A stretch of 64,000 nt of DNA. Source: Octopus sinensis (lineage: Eukaryota). Made by a program: the position numbers and the translations under genes. The notes under the pieces were generated by a model that worked only from the letters and a program-made list of their open reading frames with translations, ran no database searches and was not told the origin of the DNA. Position 1 is the first letter of the stretch. Each line of letters opens with the position of its first letter. The stretch lies in NCBI RefSeq assembly GCF_006345805.1, contig NW_021833449.1:23946-87945 (forward strand), given 5' to 3'. This document shows, in pieces, positions 1 to 14,039 of the stretch.

Positions 1-182
1 TACATGCATACATGCATACGTACATGCATACATACGTACGTACGTACGTACGTACATGAATACATACACATATATGTAAATGAGACAAACGAAGAGGCAA
101 ATACTTCAGAGTAATTATATCATTTGATTACATTAAACTTGCTGACCTTTATTTCCTAACGTTTTGAGTTTAAGTAATTTAC

Positions 183-269
183 CAAAAGATGCCGTAATTA
201 AAGGCACCTTCACGTTGGAGACCGCATTTTACACCTTCTTCGCAACAGCCTTCTTTGACACATCGTTCT
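183..269 (-). CDS. Candidate internal coding exon (87 nt, phase 2-2), Cys-rich, product unknown
   Basis: Acceptor tttatgtttgctatag and donor TTG|gtaaat. Only one frame is open: ERCVKEGCCEEGVKCGLQREGAFNYGIF(W/C). Confidence 0.5.
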
Positions 270-349
270 CTATAGCAAACATAAATATCACAATTATCAT
301 TGAATTGTAAAAAAGCGCATCGTTGCCTCACTGCTATCTTCATTATATA

Positions 350-592
350 AATTGTATGGATGATGAAGGCTTTGTGTACGAGTGTGTGTGTGTGTTGTGT
401 ACTTGTATTTGTGGGTCTTTGTTGTGTATGTGTGTGTCTTTGTTGTGTATGTATAGGTCTGCGTAAATACACGTCTGTGGATGTATGCAATTATGTGCGT
501 CGTCATGTATGTATGCGTAGGCGTTTATTCATCAATGCACATGTTCATATATGTGTATGCAAGTGTATGTATATATATATATGTGTGTGTGG

Positions 593-625
<33 letters not shown>

Positions 626-673
626 ATGTATATATATATATGTGTGTGTATATAATATATTATATGTGTGTGT

Positions 674-705
<32 letters not shown>

Positions 706-838
706 GATGTATATTATATATATGTGTGTGTATATATATATATATATGTGGTGTGTGTTGTGTATGTATTATATATATGTGTGTATATATATATATAATG
801 TGTGTGTGTGTGTGTATGTATATATATATATATGTGTG

Positions 839-869
<31 letters not shown>

Positions 870-993
870 ATGTATATATATATGTGTGTGTATATATATA
901 TATGTGGTGTGTGTGTGTATGTATATATATATATGTGTGTGTATATATATATATGTGTGTGTGTGTGTGTATGTGTATATAGATATATGTGTG

Positions 994-1030
<37 letters not shown>

Positions 1031-1594
1031 ATGTATATAATATGTGTGTGTATATATATATATATATGTGTGTGTGTGTTGTGTGTGTGTATATATATAT
1101 ATATATATAGCTTATCTATGTATACAGAAATGTGCGTGTGTAGATGTATATAATGTATAACAGCGTACATATATTGTTCTTATTGTTATTATTGCACTTC
1201 GACGTTTTCATTAGTAATATCATTAATATAGTTGTTGTCATAATACTGTTGATGATGATGATGAGGAGGGGGAGGAGTGGTTGGTGGTGGTGGTGGTGGT
1301 GATGATGATGATGATGATGATGACGACGATGATGATGACGACAATGATGACGACGACGATGTTGACGATGGTGATGATGATGATATATTGGTATCATTAT
1401 TATTATTGTTGTTGTCTTTATTAACTTATTATTATTATCCTCGCCACCATTGCGATTTTCCTCTTCGTCATCATCATCGTCACTTACGTCATCATCATCA
1501 ACACCATTGCTATATATAAATTCTACCTTTCAAAATTCTGCTCTATTATCGTTTAATAAAATAACAATGTTGATAAAATAATGATAATAATTAC

Positions 1595-1657
<63 letters not shown>

Positions 1658-1811
1658 CATTATTATTTTATTAACATAATAATAATAATTATTATTATTA
1701 TTTTATCAACATTATTGTTATTATTATTATTATCATTATTATTTTATTAAGATAATAATAATAATTATTATTATTTTATCAACATTATTATTATTATTAT
1801 CATTATTATTA

Positions 1812-1857
<46 letters not shown>

Positions 1858-2548
1858 CAATTTATCAACAATATTAATATTATTATTATTTTATCAACAT
1901 TATTATTATTATGATTATCATTATTTTATCAACATTATTATTATTATTATTATTATCATTATTATTATTATTATCATTATTATTATTATTATTGTTTACT
2001 ACTACTACTACCACTACTACCACTACTATTATTGATATTGTTGCAGTTGTTGTTATCACCATCATCACCACCACCATCATCATCATCATCATCATCAACA
2101 ACAACATCATAACCATCACCATTATTGTGTCTGTTCGTTGCCATTCTTTCTTATTCGTTGTCTCTTCTCTCGAATTTTTTTCCATAACATTCCCCCACCT
2201 TATATAATGGTCTACTTTGACCTTGTCTGACTAAATTATGTATTCTTAAGGAAAAGAAAAGATCTATTGTATATCTAAATTTGATCTGGCTGTCTCTTTA
2301 AATGACTGTTTGTGTCTCTTTTTTTTCAATAAGACTGATTATATATAAACAACGGAGGACTCTTTCTCTGTCTGTGACTGTGTGTGAGTATGTGAGTGGA
2401 CACAAGTGTATGTATTCGGGAGTATACGAGAATAGGTACGTGTATGTGTGTGTGTGTGTATATATGTCTGTTATATATATATATATATATATACATACAT
2501 ATATGTGTGTGTGTGTGAGTGAGTGTATGTGTGTGTACAGAGATAGAC

Positions 2549-2628
<80 letters not shown>

Positions 2629-2769
2629 TTGTGCGTATTATATATATAGACACACATTTATACAGCCATATAATTTTATATATGTATATAATAACATATG
2701 CGGTAGAAATATATGTATATATAAGTGTGTTACTATATAAAAGTATATATATAACCATACAAACAATCC

Positions 2770-2848
<79 letters not shown>

Positions 2849-3265
2849 CGCATCTGCATACATACATATGCATAAAGACTACACACATATTGATAGACGT
2901 ATGCTGATACATACGTATATATGCATAAACATATACACGCATATATGCATATATATATATACATATCTATACGCATGTATATATGTATGTATGTATGCAT
3001 ATGTGTATGTATGTATGTATGTATGTATGTATGTATGTATGTATGTATGTATGTATGTATGTATGTATGCATGTGTGCGTATACAGAGGTGAAGACACCA
3101 GTTCATTATCGATGTATTCAAGACCAGACATTATTGAGATTCTTGCGAGTTGACGTGGAAAACACTAGCTGAGCATCAATGTCTCTTTCTGTTTATCGAT
3201 CTATCTATATATTGCAAACACATACACACATTACACACATACGCGTATATATATATATATATATA

Positions 3266-3304
<39 letters not shown>

Positions 3305-3517
3305 ATATATATGCGTGCATGTGTATGTGGTTGTATGCTTGTATGTCCATAGGTATATGTGTTTGTGTGTGTGTAATAAGATGAATGCCCGCATTGTGTT
3401 CACATATTTCCATACATTATCTCATAAATGTGTGTATGTGTGTGTATATATATATATATATATTATATGATATATATATATATATATGTATGTATGTATA
3501 TATATATATGTATATTT

Positions 3518-3555
<38 letters not shown>

Positions 3556-3580
3556 TTATATATATATATATATATCACTT
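350..3580. repeat. Microsatellite field: (TA/TG)n, (GAT)n, (TTA)n, (GATA)n, (TATG)n
   Basis: Seen directly; accounts for the C/V/Y/I-rich ORFs. Similar fields at 6590-7060, 7585-7915, 43390-43910 and 47750-48410. Confidence 0.97.
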
Positions 3581-4030
3581 ACCTTCTACCTGTCTATCCA
3601 CAATCCACCATAACTACACTCTATATTATTTACAAATGTATGTATATTATGCATATATTATGTATGTCATAATATAGTGCATATGTTTATTTTCGTGTGT
3701 GTGTATATATAAATATGTGCCTTCATGTGTTTGAGTTTGTGTGTGTGTATGAAATATTTGTCATATGATAAGTTTGTGTACTTCCTTGATAATTACTTTA
3801 TACACGTATCGCTACTGGAGTGCCTATACGCAAATTTATTATCGAGATCATAAACTTGCGTTTTGTATATAATTATTGGGACAGTCTTTTATGTTAATGT
3901 ATATGTTTAAGTGACCGTCTTCAAAAGCTAATTTTTTTAGGCGAAATATATGATCAGCTAAAGCACACGTTTCGATAATCTTCTAACTAGAACTGAAAAG
4001 ATATGCCATATATTTTTCAAGTTCAGTATA

Positions 4031-4199
4031 TATGCGCAGATGTGGCGCTGTGACAAGACGTTTGCTTCCAACCACATGGTTCCCAGTTCAGTTTCATTGC
4101 GCATCATCTTGCTCAAGTGATTTTCACCATAGCATCAGGCCGACCAAAGCCTTGTGAGTGGATTTGCTAGACGGAAAACTGAAAGAAGCCCGTCATATA

Positions 4200-4244
<45 letters not shown>

Positions 4245-4704
4245 CAAAATAGCAACAAGAATGACTACCGGAGTCATTCTTGTTGCTTATTTTGATTATA
4301 ATCACCTCACGGATTTTTATGAATAACACCATACAGAATTCTGGTGCATCTAAATAATTACCATATTCATTTGAATCTAAATTTTTGCTGAACATATACA
4401 TATGTATATATGTATCTTTATGCATATGTATGTTTATGTATATATATGTGTGTGTTTGTGTGTATGTGTGTATATATATGTTTGCGTATATGTGTTTGTC
4501 CCCCCCCCCAACATCGCTTGACAACCGATGCTGGTGTGTTTACATCCCCGTAACTTAGCGGTTCGCCAATAGAGACCGATAGAATAAGTACTAGGCTTAC
4601 AAAGAATAAGTCCTGGGGTCGATTAGCTCGACTAAAGGCGGTGCTCCAGCATGGCCACAGTCACATGACTGAAACAAGTAAAAGAGTAAAAGCGTAAAAG
4701 AGTC
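4031..4704 (+). mobile_element. SINE family A, split by ~150 bp of unique DNA in its central microsatellite
   Basis: Diverged head 4031-4200 and 3' half 4490-4704. A minus copy lies at 5500-5875, and a minus 3' half at 25020-25260. Confidence 0.75.
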
Positions 4705-5024
4705 AAACCAAATAATCACCCACTCGTTCGACACGTTACTTCACTCTACCACTTGATTTCTTCTCCAGCTAAATCTAATTCAAGTTAATTAGAATTATCG
4801 AAGTAATTATTTTAAAAAAACTCTCCTCGAGTGTCTTAAAAATCTAAGACAATTATACCGCCTTTGAGATCACATACAAAAACACTTTGTTGTACTGGTC
4901 TGGTATTGAGAGGTCCTCAACTGTTCATCTTATATAAAGAAATCACAAGTAGAAATGGAATCTACTGAAATATTCAAAAAAGCATTGCATTAACTCCTAA
5001 TGATGATACCATCCTAGGATTTAA

Positions 5025-5244
5025 CCCTTTCGTTACTGTATTTATTTTGAGTTGCTCTGTGTTTCTTTCAATTACTTTAAATATAACAAAGAATTTAGTA
5101 AAATAACTTAGATATCATTCAGGTAGTGTTAGGAACATAAATTGAGACTAAGGTTTGGTGGAAAATTTCAATTCAAAACTTATGGAAACGAAACATTTGT
5201 ACTCAGAGCCATAGGCGGTTTTAGCCGGGTTGGTATCAAAAGGG
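5025..5244. mobile_element. piggyBac-type non-autonomous element (MITE)
   Basis: TTAA target duplication (5021-24, 5245-48) flanking termini CCCTTT...AAAGGG. Confidence 0.8.
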
Positions 5245-5745
5245 TTAAGGGTGCATTCGAGAAAGACCAGCTGCTACAAACCCAATCATAGACCAACATC
5301 CGGTCGTAAATCGACAACAAATCCGATAGAAAATAAGTGAAGGCGGTGCTCCAGCATTGTCGCAGACCTATAAATGAAACGATTAAAAGAATAAAAAAAA
5401 AGCGTGTATTTCTTCAGTTGAAGTAGGATTTAGGTGAGACCCTATGAACTGTGTGTTTAGTGTATAAGAATAAGCCTGATGAGACATTTTATGCTTTCAT
5501 TCTTTTACTTTTTTTAGTCACTTGAACGCGACCATGCTGGAGCACCGCCTATACTTGAAGAAATCGCCCCCAGGATTTATTTCTTGTTAGCCTGGTATTC
5601 TATCGGTCTCTTTTGCCGAACCGCTAGCTTACGGGGACGTCAGCACACCAACATCGTTTTGTCAAGCACTCCGACATCGGTGGAGACAAAAACAAAGACA
5701 CACACACATACACACATAAGTATACATACATAGACACACAAATAC

Positions 5746-5783
<38 letters not shown>

Positions 5784-6632
5784 GACGGGCTTCTTTCAGT
5801 TTCCGTCTGCCAAATCTACCCACAAAGCTTTGGTCGGCTCAAGGCTATAGTAGAAGACACTTTCCCAAGGTGTCAGGTGGATATTTTGCTTTGCCTCTAC
5901 TCTCTTGTCTATAACTCTTGTTGCACACTTGACATGTAATGATAAATTGTACAGAGCGAAACTTGATCGTCCAGGCATGCTGTCTTCTCAGCACTTTCCA
6001 ATTCATTGTAGATTTCCGGTCGGGAAAACACGTGAGGAAAGAAACAGAGGATTTGGTCAGAGCGAGATAGTTGCTGTTCCTCTGCATATTTCAATAGGGA
6101 TAGGAGTGCAGAGTGTAAGATAGATTAAGAAGATAGAAAGAAAAATAACGTGGAAATACAAAGGGATATATAGACAGACATATTGGAGAGGGAGATAGGG
6201 AAATAAATGCAATGTGTAATATTTAAGGTTTTCATAAAGAATCGTAACATGGATTGAAGTTTGTTCTAAAACTCCAATTTGGTGTATAATGAGCTACAAT
6301 TTCAACATAGCTAGTCTCCGGGCAAATTTCATGCAATTTGCATAAACTGCAGTTACAAAAACAACAAGAACAACAGCAGTATTTGTTTTGTTGTTGCTGT
6401 TGTTATTGCTATGATAATATGTAATGATAATAATTATTGTATAATTCGTTTGCCTATTTTAGTAAAGATTTAATTAAATTACTTTTCACACATATTTAAT
6501 TATATTTTAATTTCTCCTCTATTTGCACAAAAACTATTATTCGTTAATCTGTTTCTCCTTTTCCATAATTTTCAGTTCTAATTCTTCCCAACATATCTAT
6601 CTATCTATCTATCTATCTATCTACCTATCTAC

Positions 6633-6680
<48 letters not shown>

Positions 6681-6858
6681 TTCTATATATATCATAGAGA
6701 GAGAGAGAGAGAAAGAGAAAGAAATAGTCGATTCCCAATAAATATTTCAACTATCAATCTATCCAATTGTTTATCTACCTACATACGTACGTGCGTACGC
6801 ACCCATACATACCAACCCACTACATTCTAGCGGCCAGTCTATCTTTTTTATATCACAT

Positions 6859-6906
<48 letters not shown>

Positions 6907-6958
6907 ACCCCGTCGTATATATAATATATATATATATATTATATATATCATATATATA

Positions 6959-7005
<47 letters not shown>

Positions 7006-7010
7006 ACATA

Positions 7011-7058
<48 letters not shown>

Positions 7059-7065
7059 CATATAT

Positions 7066-7255
7066 GGCCAGGTTGTCACTCATCTGTCTCGCTTTATGAC
7101 TATGAAGATGACTCTTGAGTCCAGCTTTACTGAGGCAGGGTCTTGCACAGGCACTGCATGTCAGCATCATAGGAAGACCCTTCCCATCGGGAAGTGTAAC
7201 AGCGATGCCCTTCGTGACAGCCCTCCTTACTTTCTCATGCGCAAATCGAGATTTA
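7066..7255 (-). mobile_element. RTE-clade LINE ORF 3' fragment
   Basis: Minus translation ...LTCSACARPCLSKAGLKSHLHSHK matches the RTE C-terminal CxxC-x12-H-x3-H motif also present at 62.3 kb. Confidence 0.75.
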
Positions 7256-7587
7256 CATACATACATTCATACATACATACATACATACATACATACATAC
7301 ATACATACATACATACATACATACGCTTGAATAGGTTCTTCTAAACATGCACGTATGCAGTTATATATACATATCTCTACATCATAATTTTAATGTATTT
7401 CTTGAAAAGATGAATATTCAGAAATTTTCTCCCTATCTGTGTTGCATTTTGTGAGTATATGTATGCCTCTATGTATATGTGAGAGTATGTGCGTGCATGT
7501 GTATGTGTGTGTGCGTGCGTGTGTATTTAAAAAGAAGAGACAGGGAGAGGGAACGACTAAATCATAGATAAAGAGAGCGAGAGAAAC

Positions 7588-7678
<91 letters not shown>

Positions 7679-7679
7679 C

Positions 7680-7770
<91 letters not shown>

Positions 7771-7834
7771 CAGATAGATAGATAGATAGATAGATAGCTA
7801 GATAGATAGACAGAAAGAAAGTCAGAGAGACAGG

Positions 7835-7915
<81 letters not shown>

Positions 7916-8695
7916 CAAAAGTTTACGTTAACATTACGCATGTTTAATTATAAAATTTATAAGCAACAACAAACAGCTAGTGATGAAAAGATCCAATATT
8001 TTTAGAAGAGTCGAACTTCTTCATCGATTAGTGCCTCCACACTGACTTCAAACGTATCATTGATGTATTTCAACCATGTTGCATCCTTGTTGGAAAGGAA
8101 AGCTTTACGACATGCATTTTACTATCTATATCGCTATCATATTTTCTTTCTAATTCCAGTGCTTTGCAGAGGTGTGGCTTTGAAATTGACTGGCTAAAAC
8201 CTACAAAAACAAATTGGCTGAGTTTTCATCTCTTGGATCTGAGGATACTCAAACGGTTAATTGTTGCTTTACAGGTACTATTGAAGAAAGAGTTTATTCT
8301 GATTTCTTTTGCTGTTACGCTGTTTGATATATTTTAGCGACACTCACATATTCGTTCGCACAAGGCCCGAAATTTTGGGAGAGAGGGCCAGTCGATTAGA
8401 TCGACCCCAGTACGCAACTGGTACTTAATTTAACGACTCCGAGGTCGACTTTGCCTTTCATCCTTTCGGAGTCGATAAATTAACTAACAGTTACGCACAG
8501 GGGTCGATGTATTCGACTTAACCCCTAGCTGTCATCTCGCACCAAAATAAATAAAAAATAAACCAGAAACCAGAAACAATTCTTCTCCTGAGGTTAGATT
8601 TTAAATTCCCTTCAAACTTCCTTCGCATGATGTATTCTTTACGTTTATGTAAACTTTCTTTTGGGTTCTCAGAGAAATTCCATCGCATTTTTTAC

Positions 8696-8726
8696 CTTCT
8701 CGCCTTGGTACTCCCTCGTCATATGA
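8696..8726 (-). CDS. Candidate 31-nt micro-exon
   Basis: Acceptor tcttacttcgttttag and donor GAAG|gtaaaa. Two frames are open (SYDEGVPRRE or HMTREYQGEK). Confidence 0.25.
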
Positions 8727-10859
8727 CTAAAACGAAGTAAGATATATTGTAGAGGAAAAATAAAAAGTGCTACAAAAAACGCATAAAACTCTACTATAAA
8801 AAATATTTTACGCGTTGGTACAAATGAACCAAAAGGATTAAATTGAATGGAAAAAAAAATTAGATGAATTCGGGTTTATTTTCTACATAGATTTTATATC
8901 GTTGCTATCATAATGAAGCAAGTTGTAAGTCATCACATATACTTTTTTTCATTTTTCCTTTTTGGGTAAATTTATTAAGAGTTTCGTATTTGTTGTTGTT
9001 TGCTCCTTGTTGAGCCATGCCTGGCTCACAAGGGCCGGTTTCCCGGATTTATTGGCCTATAGGTTCCCCACCTAGAAGCGACGCCGGTCCGTCACAGGTG
9101 AGCTGTTAGATGCAGGAGGAAAGAATGAGAAAAAATTGTGGAGAAAGAGTCAGCAAAGGTTCGCCATTACCTTCTTCCAGGGGCGCGTGGAGCTTAGGTG
9201 CTTCGCTCATAAACACACATACCGCTCGGTCTGAGATACGAACCTGCGATCAATCGAGCTCTAACCACTAGGCCATGTACTTCCACCGAATTTCGTATAA
9301 GTGTCATTATTAAATTTTAAAACTTTTCGTTTCCTAAAGGTTACAAGTTTTTCTCAAATATTCAGTTGCTGCGATGCCTTAACTATTTCAGTTTATGTTG
9401 AAAATACATTCTTAAATTCTTAATTTTAATGTGTTGAACATGTTCCCTAATTTCTTTTCAAAATTCCCCAAACCATTTATCCGTGGTTGGCATCTGAAAG
9501 TTATTGTGCAGTATTTTCTCATTTTTGATGGGTAATACCTGTATATTGGGGAAAAAGTCCTTTGTATGACCGCCTCCACCGTATTGATAAGTTGCATAAT
9601 ATACGACTTATTCGTGGATATCGAAATATATTTTTATCTTCAAGCATTCCACGATACATACATACATACAAGTTTTATCTTCAAACTATCTTCAAGGAGT
9701 AATATTGGTTTCCAATTTTGGCACAAAGCCAGAAAGTTTGGGGAAGGATGTAAGTCCAGGACATCGACCCCAGTGATCAAATGGTGCGTAATTTATTGAT
9801 TCTGAGAGGATGTAAAGCAAAGACGACCTCGGCGGAATTTGCACTCAGAACATAAAGACGAACGAAATGCCGCAGAGCTTTTTGTCCAGCGTGCTAACGA
9901 TTCTGCCGATTCTATAAAAGCAACACTATCATCATCACCACCAGCACTCCAACCACCACCTTTATATTCTGTTCTACTCTAGGCACAAGGCCCGAAATTT
10001 TGGGAGACGGGGCCAGTCGATTAGATCGACCCCAGTACGCAAATGGTACTTAATTTAACGACTCCGAAAGAATGAAAGGCAAGGTCGACCTCAGTGGAAT
10101 TTGAACTCAGAACGTAACGGCAGACGAAATACCTATTTCTTTATTAGCCACAAGGGGCTAAACACAGAGAGGACAAACAAGGACTGACAAACGGATTAAG
10201 TCGATTATATCGACCTCAATGCATAACTGGTACTTATTTAATCGACCCCGAAAGCATGAAAGGCAAAGTCGACCTCGGGGGAATTTGAACTCAGAACGTA
10301 ATGGCAGACGAAATACGGCTACGCATTTCGCCTGGTGTGCTAACGTTTCTGCCAGTTCACCGCCTTAACCACCGCCCTTATATTTGCACATACTTGATTG
10401 GGGCTTCTGCGTGGCTGTTTGTCTCCCAAGAAATAGTTGTTATTTTGCACCAAAATAAACAAGAAACCAGAAACAAGAACATTTATATCCTGAAAACGGG
10501 AGAGAAACAATAGAGAAATAGTTCTAGATATACAGAAACGTGAAGGCCATGGGTGGAATCGATTTGATAAAAAGCTTGCTCGATCGGGATGGACATGGAG
10601 CTAACCACCTCAGCCGCTTTCAGCATCAACAACGACAACAGCAACATCATTACGAATTAACAAACAATCAATTTCATAACCACCAAACCTGCTCCTAATA
10701 GGCGTTATAGTTATTGTTGGCATTGCTTGAATCATAGCTCTTCTAAACCAGTTCTGTCCGAGGGTTAAATAACATCAAAAACAATCTCAGCAACTCCCTC
10801 ACAGACTACCAATATCAGAAAACACCACCAAAGCCGGATTCTCTACGTGGTTGCTCTAT

Positions 10860-11055
10860 CGACAGAGGAGCCAAATCTTCTTCAAATCACAAGAGCACTA
10901 TCGTAAAATAAAAAAAAGGACACGTTTGATAATGTGATACTACATTGCCTGTAGAAAGAAGAAAAAAAGATGAGAAGGTCATGGGTGGAAGTCTTTTGAT
11001 CCTATGCCTGTTCCTGTCTGATTAGAGCTGATATGGAGCTTAACAACAGCAACCA
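10860..11055 (+). repeat. Old diverged interspersed repeat (relatives near 12440-12620, 17700-17835, 32590-32790 and 55685-55870)
   Basis: Recurrent low-identity motifs (gccaaatc..tcaaatca, ggtcatgg.tgga, gagctga..t..agct.aacaac). Confidence 0.4.
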
Positions 11056-11233
11056 CAGCTACAAAAACACCGTATCAGTCATTGCCATTTCCACAATTAC
11101 TATCGAATGAAACCACAAGCACTCGATGTCATAGACAGAATCGCAATCACCACCACCACTACCACCACCACCACAAAATCACTGATACTTCTACTAACGC
11201 CACCATACAATGACCACCACCATCAACAACAAC

Positions 11234-11264
<31 letters not shown>

Positions 11265-11329
11265 ACAACAACCACAGTAACAGTAACATAAGGTTCGTTA
11301 TTATCAATGAATATTTCTACTAACAGAGA

Positions 11330-12330
11330 CGGCGAGCTGGCAGAAACGTTAGCACGCCGGGCGAAATGCGTAGCCGTATTTCGTCTGCCGTTACGTTCTG
11401 AGTTCAAATTCCGCCGAGGTGGACTTTGCCTTTCATCCTTTCGGGGTCGATTAAATAAGTACCAGTTGCGCACTGGGGTCGATGTAATCGACTTAATCCG
11501 TTTGTCTGTCCTTGTTTGTCCTCTCTGTGTTTAGCCCCTTGTGGGTAGTAAAGAAATAGGCATTTCGTCTGCCGTTACGTTCTGAGTTTAAATTCCGCCG
11601 AGGTCGACTTTGCCTTTCATCCTTCCGGGTTCGATTAAATAAGTACCAGTTACGCACTGGGGTCGATATAATAGACTTAATCCGTTTGTCTGTCCTTGTT
11701 TGTCCTCTCTGTGTTTAGCCCCTTGTGAAAATGCTTAGCTGCATTTCGTCCGTATTTACGCCGAGGTCGACTTTACCATTCATCCTTTGGGGATCGATAA
11801 AATAAGTACCAGTTGAGTGCAGGGGTCGATGTATAAAACTGACGTATACCCTGCCCCGAATTTGCTGGCCTTTTACCAAAGTTTAAAATCGATATTACGG
11901 TGGATTGTATAAGGTGCCGAACTGGCAGAATCGTTACCGTGCCGGATGAAATGCTTAGTGGCATTTCGTCCGTCATTACGTTCTGAATTCAAATTCCGCC
12001 GAGATAGTTTTAGCTTTCATTCTTTCGGGGACCTGCATCTACAGTGCCACCCATGTGTGTGCATGGGTGGCACTGTCCTACGCCTGTAAGTGGGGATGTG
12101 TTAAAGAGCGACTCTATGTGAACCAGTTCAGTGGCATCAGTGTAGATGCAGGTTGAGTATTGGGGTCGATGTAACCGACATGAACCCCACCCCTAAAATT
12201 GCTGGACTTGTGCCAAAATGTGAAACCGCTATTACGGTGGACTGTCAATATGCTTAGAGCTTCGTACAAAACATCATATGGTATTTTGTTGTCAATCTCT
12301 GCATTCTGAGTTCGAATCTGACTGCCCGAG
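11330..12330 (+). mobile_element. SINE family B cluster (two-unit copy plus older fragments)
   Basis: Repeated ccgaggtcgactttgcctttcatcctttcggggtcgat...aataagtaccag motif. Other B copies at 8360-8520, 9720-10360, 14310-14540, 15640-15990, 24090-24250, 34835-34925 and 54160-55070. Confidence 0.8.
12031..12153. mobile_element. Small inverted-repeat insert in a SINE-B copy
   Basis: Termini acctgcatctacagtg / cagtgtagatgcaggt (15 of 16 match) and an internal perfect 15-bp hairpin at 12041-12076. Confidence 0.55.
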
Positions 12331-13251
12331 TGCCGACATTGCGCTTCATTCTTCCAAAGTATCAATAAAATCAATGCTTCCAAAATATCACATACGATGT
12401 AACCGATAACTCACCCACGCATAAAGTTTGCTATTCATATTGTTATTATAGTTTAGCCCTAGGACAACTACCATTTACCAGACCTAAGACCAAAGACATT
12501 TCATCTGGGACCATGGTTTTGGTTCCTGTTTTTTTAAATGTTTTTTGTTTGCAAGGAAACATTACATAACGTTTTCTTTATTCAGGCCTAGGCTAAGGTT
12601 TGCGGGACTTTTGGCTGCTATTTCTAGCGTGTTGTGCTGCTAAATAGTTTTGGCGTTGTTGGTATAGTGGTGGTTAGTGGTGGCCTTAGTGGTAGTGGGG
12701 GTGGGAAACGAGGTTATTGCTGCTACTGCGTCTGCTGCTGCTGGTGAGTGATGCTGTTGGTGGATGTGAGATAATAATTAATTTTAAAACAAAAAAAAAA
12801 TAATAATAATATTCTCCGCGCATCTAAGAAAAGAAAAAAATACAAACAAAAAATAACAAACAAAACCCAAACAAATTCTACAGAAAACAATAACACCAAT
12901 ACCAGCTACAAAAACGTAAAAAAGTCTATTAACATAAAAATTGTGAAAGAGATAATTTGATTAAATTTAATGAAAATGAAAAGAATGTTTCTGAGAAAAT
13001 CGGATTAAGCTTTTTGACATGGAAAACATCTAAACATTCCACAGACGATGCCAATGATTTGGAGATTTATAAAGAAATATGAAGAATATGAAGAATATAG
13101 TTTCAGAAATATGTTAGAAACTTTTCCGATAGTGTTCTTTTTGTTTTTGTTTTTGTTTGTTTGTATATTGTGTTTGTCTGTCTATCTGTCTATCTGTCTA
13201 CTTACGTTGTTTGCCCATAGTGTCCACGTGTTTGTCAGACTATCGATCTAA

Positions 13252-13845
13252 GGGCGGCGAGCTGGCAAAAAACGTTAGCACTCCGGACGAAATGCGTAGC
13301 CGTATTTCGTCTGCCGTTACGTTCTGAGTTCAAATTCCGCCGAGGTAGACTTTGCCTTTCATCCTTTCGGGGTCGATTAAATAAGTACCAGTTACGCACT
13401 GAGGTTGATGTAATCGACTTAATCCGTTTGTCTGTCCTTGTTTGTCCTCTCTGTGTTTAGCCCCTTGAGGGTAATAAAGAAATAGGTATTTCATCTGCTG
13501 TTACGTTCTGAGTTCAAATTCCGCCGAGGTCGACTTTGCCTTTCATCCTTTCGGGGTCGATTAAATAAGTACCAGTTACGCACTGGAGTCGATATAATCG
13601 ACTTAATCCGTTTGTCTGTCCTTGTTTGTCCTCTCTGTGTTTAGCCCCTTGTGGGTAATAAAGAAATAGGTATTTCGTCTGCCGTTACGTTCTGAGTTCA
13701 AATTCCGCCGAGGTAGACTTTGCCTTTTTATCCTTTCGGGGTCGATTAAATAAGTACCAGTTACGCACTGGGGTCGATATAATCGACTTAATCCGTTTGT
13801 CTGTCCTTGTTTGTGTTTAGCTCCTTGTGGGTAGTAAAGAAATAG
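13252..13845 (+). mobile_element. SINE family B with three tandem 184-bp internal units
   Basis: Head ggcggcgagctggca...; unit starts tatttc at 13303, 13487 and 13671 (period 184). Confidence 0.85.
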
Positions 13846-14039
13846 ATCTGTCTGTCTCTCTGTCTATCTTCAATCAATCTATCTATCTATTTCTCTGTCT
13901 CTTTCTCTCTCTCTCCCTATCAATCAATCTATCTCTCTTTCTCTCCCTCTCTCTCTCTCTCTCTCTTTCTTTCTCTCTTTTCCTACCTACCTATCTATCT
14001 ATCCCTTTATCTATCTGTCTCTCTGTCTATTTATTTGAA

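Noticed and set aside
360-3700. Long ORFs rich in C/V/Y/I/M or H/T
   Set aside because: They are translations of (TA)n, (TG)n and (TATG)n tracts, which lack stops in some frames. The same applies at 27.1-28.3, 29.6-30.4, 43.3-44.0 and 47.7-48.4 kb.
5475-5500. CTGATGA motifs at 5476 and 61431, and CTGACGA at 35484 and ~39980
   Set aside because: None has a properly placed stem II plus GAAA; the 61431 motif is the coding ADD of the RT.
7990-8330. Exon-like segment with several splice-like sites (e.g. ctttacag|GT ACT ATT GAA GAA)
   Set aside because: The frames I tested on both strands hit stops quickly, and no consistent acceptor-donor pair was found.
9010-9290. tRNA genes
   Set aside because: All tRNA-like segments are SINE heads continuing into SINE bodies, with no complete cloverleaf.
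11330-13845. CRISPR-like array or retrozyme in the 184-bp tandem units
   Set aside because: The units have no unique spacers, I found no hammerhead core on either strand, and the context is eukaryotic.
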